A DNA stretch of 64,000 nucleotides from an uncultured Gemmatimonadota bacterium (GTDB taxonomy: Bacteria > JAAXHH01): the NCBI GenBank assembly GCA_951812955.1, contig OX638340.1:64001-128000 (forward strand). Direction: 5' to 3'. Below, in pieces: positions 1 to 8,223 of this stretch. The notes under the pieces are model-generated. The model was given only the letters and a program-made list of their open reading frames with translations, had not been told where the DNA came from and ran no database searches. Numbering within the stretch: position 1 is the stretch's first letter; every line of letters starts with the position of its first letter. Made by a program: the position numbers and the translations under genes.

Positions 1-943
1 GGGAGGCGGCCGTTCGATCATCCTGAATGGCCATCTCGATACGGTCGGAGTCGACGGCATGGACGATCCGTTCCGACCGAGGGTCGAAGGCGGCAGAATG
101 TACGGCCGTGGCACAATCGACATGAAAGCGTCAATCGCCGCGATGATGGCCACTTTGGCCAGGGTGCGGAGAAACCCGTTGAGAGGGAACGTCGTCATGA
201 CGGCTGTCGCCGACGAAGAGGCCTACAGCGTCGGCACCACCGCCGTGCTGGACAGCGGCGTGACGGCTGATGCCGCCATCGTGACCGAACCCACAAGCGG
301 GGACGTCGTCGTCGCGCACAAGGGATTCTCATGGGCCGACGTCATCGCCCAGGGTCGCGCCGCCCATGGCTCCCTGCCGGCCGAGGGGCTCGATGCCATC
401 ACGAAGATGGGTGCGTTCCTTCAAGGGCTTGAAAATCTCCAGGCCGAATTGCATAAACACCCGGGTGATCCTATGCTCGGACCGGGTTCGGTTCATGCTT
501 CGACGATCAGCGGCGGCCGTGAAATGTCGAGTTATCCCGCGACCTGTCACCTCGGCGTGGAAAGGCGCACGATCCCGGGTGAGACCGCCCGGGACTTCAT
601 TGCGGAGCTGGAAGGAATCGCCGAACGGTGCCGCCAGGCCGATCCGGGTTTCCAGGCCGAGATCACTCTGACCTTCGATCGACAGCCATTTTCGATTGAG
701 GCAGATCATGAAATCGTCGAGCTGGTCAGGACGGTCGCTACGGAGACAACCGGTCGAGCGCCAGACATATGCGGGAAAGCCGGCTGGATGGATGCCGCGC
801 TGCTGAGCGAGCGCTCGATTCCGACCGTTATCTACGGTCCGGCAGGAGGCGACTTCCACGGGGATAACGAATGGGTGGACCTGGCGTCGATCGAAGTGTG
901 CGCCGATGTCCTCACAGATGTTGCCAGCGAGTTCTGTGCATGA
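1..943 (+). CDS. M20-family metallopeptidase/deacylase (ArgE/DapE-like), 5' end cut by window edge
   Basis: The frame is open from nt 2. The upstream in-frame peptide reads ...ILNGHLDTVGVDGMDDP, which is the M20 His-x-Asp metal-binding motif, ahead of the first in-window ATG at 59. The rest of the 294-aa ORF has M20-like acidic/His residues (VADEEAYS, VAHKGFSWA). Confidence 0.75.
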   Translation, partial: GGGRSIILNGHLDTVGVDGMDDPFRPRVEGGRMYGRGTIDMKASIAAMMATLARVRRNPLRGNVVMTAVADEEAYSVGTTAVLDSGVTADAAIVTEPTSGDVVVAHKGFSWADVIAQGRAAHGSLPAEGLDAITKMGAFLQGLENLQAELHKHPGDPMLGPGSVHASTISGGREMSSYPATCHLGVERRTIPGETARDFIAELEGIAERCRQADPGFQAEITLTFDRQPFSIEADHEIVELVRTVATETTGRAPDICGKAGWMDAALLSERSIPTVIYGPAGGDFHGDNEWVDLASIEVCADVLTDVASEFCA

Positions 944-972
944 CCGGGAGCCCGGGGCGCGATGCACGAACC

Positions 973-1092
973 ATATATCCAGATTAAACTCATCCAAAAA
1001 CATGGCGCCAAGATTCCGGGGTTTTATTGGGTACGGGTATGGTTCGGAACTGATCAGACTTGACAACAACTTAGTTCAGAGATTAAACTGAT
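973..1092. repeat. Pair of about 14-bp direct repeats (AGATTAAACTCATC / AGATTAAACTGATG) about 100 bp apart at the GC-drop boundary
   Basis: The repeats were read directly at about 975-988 and 1078-1091. They sit just after the M20 stop codon, where base composition becomes AT-richer. Confidence 0.3.
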
Positions 1093-1622
1093 GTACAAAT
1101 AACTTATAGAACGCGTCCAGGCCGTTCTCGCCTGGGCACTTGTATTTACACCGTAACAGGATCAGGCGGAACGATGATTCGGACGGTAAGACGCGGTATC
1201 GGTACGGTCGTGATTTGGTTGATCACAACGCTGGTTCGATTGGGGAAACGGTTAATGCGGAATCGGAAACGAGGCGTTGCCTAGCGGAGGATGTGGCGCG
1301 GGCAGCACGGTAGGCAACGAGGGTCGAACCGGAAATCGGATGACGATTGGCAAACGGCCGGTAGTAACGTTAATCACCGATACGATATGCCAGCCGGGGG
1401 GGTGGTACAATACCCGGCGGCGATACAATAGCCGACTACCACATCGAGTATGACTCGCGAGATGGGACCACAAAAGGCGGAAGGATTCGCCGGTTGTGGT
1501 TTTTTTTGTGCGTGGATCCCGGCTCGGTACCTTAGTCATCAAACAGCGTACTTATTCCGAGAACTATACCGATGCTTCCGCTCAATAGATATATAGTCGA
1601 CATACAAAACCATATTGAGACT

Positions 1623-2693
1623 CTATTGACGAGCATTCGTCAGGTCTTCCAATTCATCTTCTTTGTAGGTGGCAGGTACCCATTCACGCGACAGGTATGG
1701 CTTGTCAATTTCGTCCAACTGTAATGCATCACGGTACCATTTGGGTAGGCCAGCTGTCGGCGGATTATCTGGATGGTAAATCGGCCGGTTCCATTGCGGC
1801 ATGCCGACTTCCGGCCAATGATCCTTGTCGTACTTCATAGGATATACCCACCAGAGTCCCAAATTAGATTCAACCAGGAAAATCTCGTCAGGCAAATAAG
1901 TACGCCCAGCAAGTAGAGTTGGTAACTGGTTCCCGATGAGGTCGAATCTCGTATGAGCTGCGTCCTGGCTTTCTAAAACCAGGACGGTTCGTGCTCCATC
2001 AGCACGACACTTCGCCAACTTTGGAAACTTGTCAGCAAAAGCTCTACGGATCCGTTCCGTCCGACAGCTTTCCAAGTCTTCGGGATAGTCAAGTACCGTT
2101 TGAACAAAGCCCGGCTTTCGTCCTGCCTTAATCCCATTCCGCCACCTCAGCAATTCGACTGTACAGTTTATACACGAGAGATCGTCTTTGATGCTATCGT
2201 CGGGAAAACAGTAAAGGCTGATTGGGATTCCATGGCAGTCGATAGGTAAAGACAGTAAGGTATTCCTCTCGTACATGGTCTGGGCACTGCTTAGAATCCA
2301 TTCGGCAAGGTTCTTCAAAGCCCTAACTCGTTTGACTTTCCCCCTGGGCAGACAAACATCTGTTGGTACTTGAAGCACGTAGTACATGGGATCTGGTAAC
2401 TGGCCGGCGAGGCTTTGTATCAAGTACTGTCTAATCTCCACGACGGTTAACTCAGTTTTAATATTGTTCTCAAAGGGTTCAATTATTGTGTGCTCAATCG
2501 CGTATTCTTGTTCACCCAATTTCATACGCAATTCCACTGGCGGCCCTACTCGATCACTCTCAGGATGACGTATTTCAGATCGTTTCTTCCGAGTGCGTCT
2601 TTCCATAGTCTTCACAACCGCGTCGCACGCCTTGCCCTCGTTTTTAGGTACGATTACGTGCGGTTTACTGTATGGAGTCTCGTTATTCTTCAT
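1623..2693 (-). CDS. Hypothetical protein (356 aa), no recognisable domain; island gene
   Basis: Long ORF with AT-richer codon usage like its neighbours. I could not recognise any conserved motifs. Confidence 0.5.
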   Translation of the reverse strand: MKNNETPYSKPHVIVPKNEGKACDAVVKTMERRTRKKRSEIRHPESDRVGPPVELRMKLGEQEYAIEHTIIEPFENNIKTELTVVEIRQYLIQSLAGQLPDPMYYVLQVPTDVCLPRGKVKRVRALKNLAEWILSSAQTMYERNTLLSLPIDCHGIPISLYCFPDDSIKDDLSCINCTVELLRWRNGIKAGRKPGFVQTVLDYPEDLESCRTERIRRAFADKFPKLAKCRADGARTVLVLESQDAAHTRFDLIGNQLPTLLAGRTYLPDEIFLVESNLGLWWVYPMKYDKDHWPEVGMPQWNRPIYHPDNPPTAGLPKWYRDALQLDEIDKPYLSREWVPATYKEDELEDLTNARQ

Positions 2694-3149
2694 CGTTTCC
2701 TAATCTAAATGTAATTAACGGAAAATCGCTGTTGATGGCTGAGTCAGACCCTTTCACCAGTCTTCCGATCCGGTAGCCTTCTGTAGCCTTCTACTGATTA
2801 CAACTTCCAAACCTAATCCAGGAGCCATGCGCCTTGTGGAGATTGCCCCTCTGCAGTAGGGCGGCAGGTCACGAAAGAATCCGTGGACCACTCCAGTAAG
2901 ATTTCACGTAGCATCGCCTACTCGCCCTGACTGTCAAATGCAACCTAGCCATCGGTAACACCAAGCGTGATTCACTAAAGACGGTAAGCCCATGAAGTCT
3001 TCACGGTTCAAAGAAACTCCGAATTCCCTTATCTACGGGTTTTAAAGGGTTATGTAGGGGAGGTGTTGGCAACTGCTAATGGATGTTTCAGAGGGTGGGA
3101 ATGCGGTGTTGAGGCAACTCATAATAGTCCTGGTGATATCTAATCCCCA

Positions 3150-3635
3150 TCACAAGTTGTTTGTACGTCGGAGTAATTTGGATGATACCCAACTCCATGC
3201 TTTCCAAACAAACGAGGTTTTAGTTAGTAAGCCTTGCTCTTTATCAGTCTCCATACGGTCATCGGAGTTGAAAAACCGGTTGATTTCCAATCTATGGTTA
3301 CTTCGCTCCTCAAGAATCTCACGTGTAGACCATCGGCGTGACCAATGAACTTTGTTATTTTCGATCCAATAATGTGATTGACACTCCTCACTCCAATTTC
3401 CCACAGAGGGCCGGAGACTTATAGATAACCCATTGTAAATAAACGCCCACCCAGTGGGATGTAACGGTGTGTTTATCTCGCTACCACACCCACATGCACA
3501 TTTATGGATTACAGTACGGTACTTCAGCGAAATGTAAATTCGACCGTCTTCTAAACGGTTGGGTACAACATCCGAGAAGACCGGGGTAAATTCAGTCGTT
3601 TTTGAAGACCGTTCTAATCGTTTTGTTTTGCACAC
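3150..3635 (-). CDS. Cys-rich small protein (161 aa; CACGCGSE...LHPTG), possible Zn-binding or E2-like partner of the E1-like gene
   Basis: Its start overlaps the last 22 nt of the upstream E1-like gene, suggesting translational coupling. It has a CxCxC cluster followed by an HPT-G motif and a further Cys/His pair (ECQSH). The size is E2-like, but there is no canonical HPN-x8-Cys arrangement. Confidence 0.45.
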   Translation of the reverse strand: MCKTKRLERSSKTTEFTPVFSDVVPNRLEDGRIYISLKYRTVIHKCACGCGSEINTPLHPTGWAFIYNGLSISLRPSVGNWSEECQSHYWIENNKVHWSRRWSTREILEERSNHRLEINRFFNSDDRMETDKEQGLLTKTSFVWKAWSWVSSKLLRRTNNL

Positions 3636-4831
3636 TCGACGTAGTCCCGGTTTATTATCTTGTTTCCGTCCATTATATATCCGGAATCACCCTCATGAAC
3701 TAAGTCTTGAAATACACCTCGGATTTTCTTCCATTTTATTACTGCCAATGCTGCATTGAGGGCGTTTAGTTCTGCCAATTGTATGTTTCTTTCGTACTCT
3801 CCAACATCTCCTCCTGCCATATCGATACGATTCTTCTCTGTCACATGGCCCCTATTGCCCGGTTCACTAGTAGTCGTTCGGAGTATCCCGCCTAGTCTAT
3901 CTCCTTCACGATAAATCCCCATCCCGGTATCAATACAAACGCTCTCGGCATCTTCGCAAATCCTAAATATAGATTGTTTTATGGCATGGCCATCAATACA
4001 CAGGAAAACTGTATCGTGTCCTTTTAACTCATTAACGTTTTCCTCCACAATCTTAGTGGGATGTGCAACAATACCGCGACGCATACGACTGTAGCGTTCG
4101 AAATGAAACTCTGATTTGATGGGGCCTCCTTCCAATTCTTCAACCGCTACTGCTCCCGGTGCTCGAAATGAGTTGTGCTGAAGAAAACGGTCATCGTCAT
4201 ACAGATGGATCTCTTTAACCCATGTCTTAGCAACATAGTCGAGAACGTAAGCCCCGGTCCCACCTAAACCAACAATTGCTACAGTCTCCCCTTCCAATCT
4301 CGAAGATATATCTGTTGTATTTTGACGGGCTGACGCTGTTTCCATAAACGCGAATACATTCGAATTGCTCTCGGATTTCGCGACTTTCCACTTCTGCGCC
4401 GACGTTGACGAGTCGATTTTCCTAGCTTCTCGCGTTATGATTTCAATATAGGTTCTTACTTTGTGTTCATAATCTATGTACCGCCCGCCTTCCGGCTTGG
4501 CTGAAAACATATAGGTTAACTTTAGACCATTGCTCAGAATCTGGTTGTGGCCGCTTTCACCCAGAACCTCAAGCTTCTGTGAATTCCCGTCATACGGAAA
4601 TTCTCCTGTCCAATAGGCCACGTGGTCACCTGGTTGACTAGTTCTCTCGCCTCTGAGGTCAAGTTGCATTACTAATGTTGCCTCTGCAATTCCTCCAACA
4701 CTGGTAACATAAGGCACATCTTGTATTAGAAGGTAGCCATCTATAAATCGGATTGTATATCCGGATTCCTCTATGCGTTTCAGATCCGTATTACGAGCGA
4801 TCAGTGCGTGTGACATTGAATACTGTCCCAT
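3614..4831 (-). CDS. ThiF/MoeB/E1-like adenylyltransferase with an unrecognised ~170-aa N-terminal domain
   Basis: Residues ~175-405 show the Rossmann motif VAIVGLGGTGAYVLDYVAK, an acidic/Arg-finger segment YDDDRFLQHNSFR, a VFLCIDGHAIKQ segment, and downstream Cys residues (ICEDAESVCIDTG), as in E1/ThiF enzymes. The N-terminal 170 aa contain no Cys and match nothing I recognise. Confidence 0.7.
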   Translation of the reverse strand: MGQYSMSHALIARNTDLKRIEESGYTIRFIDGYLLIQDVPYVTSVGGIAEATLVMQLDLRGERTSQPGDHVAYWTGEFPYDGNSQKLEVLGESGHNQILSNGLKLTYMFSAKPEGGRYIDYEHKVRTYIEIITREARKIDSSTSAQKWKVAKSESNSNVFAFMETASARQNTTDISSRLEGETVAIVGLGGTGAYVLDYVAKTWVKEIHLYDDDRFLQHNSFRAPGAVAVEELEGGPIKSEFHFERYSRMRRGIVAHPTKIVEENVNELKGHDTVFLCIDGHAIKQSIFRICEDAESVCIDTGMGIYREGDRLGGILRTTTSEPGNRGHVTEKNRIDMAGGDVGEYERNIQLAELNALNAALAVIKWKKIRGVFQDLVHEGDSGYIMDGNKIINRDYVECAKQND

Positions 4832-5060
4832 CCTTTATCTTCACATTTTCGCCTTCGCTCAAACCACCTTCTTGTTCACGTCCACCACCTTCATAAAACA
4901 GCACTGTGTAACTAATTAAAGCGCCACGACCACCATCCGGGTAAGCTAAATCCACTATTTCGTCAAAAGTCACTTCGTCATGGTCTACGGTGTACGGACG
5001 TGCATTGATTATGATATCAAAACCCTTGTTCTCTAGACTTTGCTGAGGTTCTTTTTCCAT
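4791..5060 (-). CDS. Small beta-grasp/ubiquitin-like protein resembling prokaryotic 'multi-ubiquitin' domains (~89 aa)
   Basis: The segment FDIIINARPYTVDHDEVTFDEIVDLAYPD fits the xIxVNGxxxxVxxxxIsxxEIxxLA pattern of multi-ubiquitin (PF14452-type) beta-grasp domains. The start was chosen at the internal ATG (nt 5060), which is preceded by AAGGAGG 14 nt upstream. The longer ORF from 5147 lacks an RBS and would overlap the upstream gene by 58 nt. Confidence 0.5.
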   Translation of the reverse strand: MEKEPQQSLENKGFDIIINARPYTVDHDEVTFDEIVDLAYPDGGRGALISYTVLFYEGGGREQEGGLSEGENVKIKDGTVFNVTRTDRS

Positions 5061-5089
5061 ATTAATGGCTTCCGCCTCCTTATCGGGAT

Positions 5090-5629
5090 TCAGGCTATGT
5101 CCCTGATGCCCAATGTCAACCCTCCTGAGCGAACGAATTCCCTCCATAGAGGTGACAACAATTGAGCTGCAACTGGAGCTTCACGAGAAGAAAGTATAAT
5201 TTGTAATTCTCTCCTTTCATCTAAAGGTGCCTCTTTCCATATATTGTACAAATCCCAGCAGTTTCCGTCCGTCAAAATACCGTACCTTACCCCGACCTCA
5301 GTACAGTATGTCAACATCTGAGTGCGGTGTGTGTTGAGATCCTCGTTCAGTTTTTTTGCCTCGACTAGAACCAGTGGCTTTCTATCTTCTCCAAGTAATG
5401 CGTAGTCAACACGCTGATTCGCTTGATTTCCTGTACGGAATTCAACTTCTACATGCTCTACGATGCTAACGTCCCAAGCAAGGGCTTTCAATACCGGATC
5501 CACTAATACATTCCTTGTCCTTATCTCATTTTTCTGGAGGTATTCTCCGTGTTTTACTATTACCTCACGTGCTCGTTGTAGCGTGCTTACCAAGGGTTCT
5601 AACAAATCAGTCATAAACTCCCTCACCAC
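5090..5629 (-). CDS. PD-(D/E)xK restriction-endonuclease-fold protein (179 aa), candidate nuclease effector
   Basis: RVDYALLGEDRKPLVLVEAKK gives the D...(D/E)-x-K catalytic signature of the Mrr/PD-(D/E)xK nuclease fold. It is the first gene of the minus-strand operon that continues into the Ubl-like and E1-like genes. Confidence 0.5.
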   Translation of the reverse strand: MVREFMTDLLEPLVSTLQRAREVIVKHGEYLQKNEIRTRNVLVDPVLKALAWDVSIVEHVEVEFRTGNQANQRVDYALLGEDRKPLVLVEAKKLNEDLNTHRTQMLTYCTEVGVRYGILTDGNCWDLYNIWKEAPLDERRELQIILSSREAPVAAQLLSPLWREFVRSGGLTLGIRDIA

Positions 5630-5982
5630 TAAGTGAGCGATTCCCCAGTTGAACTTCTCTACTATAATATACGGCTAGCGGATCTGTACATATTACTTAA
5701 CGTATGATTCGTATGGAACTCTGTCAAATAGATTTCAACTTGAATACAATGTCATTGCTGAATAGATCGTAGCCATATCTCATCTACACCATTGAGTAGC
5801 ATATTGGATTACGCGCGGCGGTTTGGTAATATCGCGCATTCAGGTAGTTGGCGATGCACTTGGCACGCCGCACGGTCCCTGCAGATACGCCACAGAGCCA
5901 ACTCAGGCATGCACGAGTCATTTAACATCAGCCCTAGAAAATGCCCTTGACATCATATGATTTATGAGTCATGTTATGATGT

Positions 5983-6351
5983 ATGAAATGGGAAGTCGAT
6001 TTCCATCCGGCGTTTGATCCCGAGTTTGCCGCCATGGCACTGAAGGTGCAGGACGAACTGCTTACACAAGCAAAGCTCTTGGAGGAGTTCGGACCAACAT
6101 TAGGTCGTCCGCGGGTGGATACGCTAAATGGTTCGCGGCATGCTAATATGAAGGAACTTCGTTTTACTATGACTGGCGGAGTCTGGCGGGTCGCATTTGC
6201 TTTCGACCCCGAACGTAAGGCCATGCTACTGGTTGCCGGCGATAAATCGGGAGTCGGTGAACAACGGTTCTACCAGCAACTGATCAGGAAGGCGGATCAC
6301 CGCTTCGATCTACATCTTGAACTGTTGAAAGCTGAGAGGAGGCCAAGATGA
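5983..6351 (+). CDS. Type II toxin, RelE/ParE-superfamily (HigB/Gp49-like) killer protein
   Basis: A 122-aa protein with ...KELRFTMTGGVWRVAFAFDPERKAMLLVAGDKSG...RFY..., the typical HigB/Gp49 core. It is followed by an HTH antitoxin gene that overlaps it by 4 nt. Confidence 0.65.
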   Translation: MKWEVDFHPAFDPEFAAMALKVQDELLTQAKLLEEFGPTLGRPRVDTLNGSRHANMKELRFTMTGGVWRVAFAFDPERKAMLLVAGDKSGVGEQRFYQQLIRKADHRFDLHLELLKAERRPR

Positions 6352-6698
6352 GTACGTTGACGGACAGAATGGACAAGCTGTCCCCGTCCCGACGGAAGAA
6401 GGTAGAAGAACGGGCCAGGGCGTTGATCGCCGAAGAAATGTCGCTACGGGACTTGCGCAAGGCTCGAAAGCAGACGCAGATGCGGGTCGCCGAGAAGCTC
6501 GGGATCAATCAGGAAAACGTGTCCCGCCTTGAACAGCGCAGTGATCTCTTGATTTCCACCCTCAGCGGCTATGTCGAGGCGATGGGGGGTAAACTGAGTC
6601 TGGTGGCGGAGTTTCCGGACCGGCCGCCAGTGGCGCTGACTGGCATTGCGGCACTCGACGACCTTTTGGAGCGGCCTGCAGAATCTCGTACCGGATGA
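6348..6698 (+). CDS. XRE-family helix-turn-helix antitoxin (HigA-like)
   Basis: A 116-aa protein with an HTH segment (LRKARKQTQMRVAEKLGINQENVSRLEQ). The toxin-then-antitoxin order matches HigBA. Confidence 0.65.
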   Translation: MSTLTDRMDKLSPSRRKKVEERARALIAEEMSLRDLRKARKQTQMRVAEKLGINQENVSRLEQRSDLLISTLSGYVEAMGGKLSLVAEFPDRPPVALTGIAALDDLLERPAESRTG

Positions 6699-6964
6699 AG
6701 AGAGGATCGCGATATGGTCGCAGGCGGGTCGCTAAACGTCGAAAACACACCGGTTCCCGGGTGTCGCGAATCTCAGATTTGGGATATATAACTACAGTGA
6801 GGCGGGACCGGCCTTGGCCTTAGTGGCAAAACGCCTACGATCGATCAGTTCGCATTCCACGCTTGTGAAGATTCTCTTGCACAGCACGTTGTCATAGTAG
6901 TCGTTTACCGAGCCCATAGATGGCCAGATGCCAGCCGTGCAAACCGGTGCCCGTCGGAGCGAAC

Positions 6965-8140
6965 TCATCCACTAGGCGTTCGTCCACCGACCTCCGTCGA
7001 GATTTGTAGAATATACATCAGTGACGGATCGGATTTGAGGAGAATGGCCCGCAGCTGTTCGTCGGTTAGCTTTGTCTCCAATTCGTGGACCCGGTTGAAA
7101 AACTCGATCAGCTTCACCAGTGCTTTGGTGTCTTGGATCACGAATTCAGACAGCGGATCGTTGTACAACTCCCGACAGACGTACAGTACCCTCGCTCGAC
7201 GGGTTGGCTTGCCCTCATGTAGCAGATCCTTCTGATTAGCTAGGCTCAGAATCCATGCAGTAACTAGATCGTCGGGGGCTAATCGTCGGAGCAAATGGTT
7301 CCACAGCTCCCTGAGGGAGGTCAGAATGTGCCGTGCCCGGTCGGCACTGTTTCCATTCAGGGCATCTCGAGCGCCGATGTATGGCCCAGCGAGACTTGGA
7401 TCGACCTGTTGCAGCAGAATGATGCAGTCGGATGTTTCTAACTCTGCCTCGGCGACAAACTGGAATTCCGTTTCGGCCTCTTCTTCGTCCCGTTCACCCC
7501 AGGGGCGAAGAGTTTTGAGCGCGAAGCTGGTAGTGTAGATTTCACGAGTGGCGCCTGGCAAAACGAAAGCAGGTAAGCGCGTAATGTCCGAGACCTCCCG
7601 CAGTGAACCGGCCAAACTTCCATATGAGGCAGCCACCTGGGCAATCGAACTCTCCAGCCCTGAAATGGCGGGCATCTTGATTTGGAATTGACTCCCTATG
7701 GCCTTGAAATCGATGTTCGCCATGAGTCGTTCCGTGGCGATCAATTGCAAAGAAGTATCGCCCAGGGCCAACTTAGCGGATGCTTGAAGCTGGAAAAGTT
7801 GGGAAACTCCCTGTTGAAGAAGATTCGACTGGTCAAGCCAGGATTCATGAGTGGTATGCAGACTCTCGGCAATCCAGTTAGAAGCGGTAGTCTGTTTGAT
7901 CACATCATGCCAGTGTTGATTGGCGTTGGCGATCTCTTTAATCCCGGCCACTGCTTCAGGTATTTCGAGGGCACGACTGATTTCCATTTGATGGAGACGG
8001 AATGGTTCTATCGTGCGTTCTAACTGTTCTATAACGCCTAGGTAGGATGGCTTGGCCAAACGGTTGGAAGCCTCCATGTCCTGACGGAGTTTGCCGATGG
8101 CGGATTTTGCGGACATCAGATCTTCGGAGAGAATATCCAT
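6965..8140 (-). CDS. Hypothetical protein (391 aa), no recognisable domain; island gene
   Basis: Long ORF in the AT-richer island, between the TA pair and HerA. No motifs recognised. Confidence 0.5.
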   Translation of the reverse strand: MDILSEDLMSAKSAIGKLRQDMEASNRLAKPSYLGVIEQLERTIEPFRLHQMEISRALEIPEAVAGIKEIANANQHWHDVIKQTTASNWIAESLHTTHESWLDQSNLLQQGVSQLFQLQASAKLALGDTSLQLIATERLMANIDFKAIGSQFQIKMPAISGLESSIAQVAASYGSLAGSLREVSDITRLPAFVLPGATREIYTTSFALKTLRPWGERDEEEAETEFQFVAEAELETSDCIILLQQVDPSLAGPYIGARDALNGNSADRARHILTSLRELWNHLLRRLAPDDLVTAWILSLANQKDLLHEGKPTRRARVLYVCRELYNDPLSEFVIQDTKALVKLIEFFNRVHELETKLTDEQLRAILLKSDPSLMYILQISTEVGGRTPSG

Positions 8141-8223
8141 ATTTTGATGTTAGTCCCGGAGTTGTCAAATTGCAAGGCTGTGTGGATGTTTGGGTATGCT
8201 GGTACCTTCAACCTCAATTGAAA

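Noticed and set aside
1225-1245. A 9-nt match (GGTTCGATT) to the tmRNA T-arm, considered as a possible attL remnant of the island
   Set aside because: It is in inverted orientation relative to ssrA, only 9 nt long (the generic T-loop consensus), and not embedded in a tRNA-like structure, so it is most likely chance. A proper att search needs alignment to an island-free allele.
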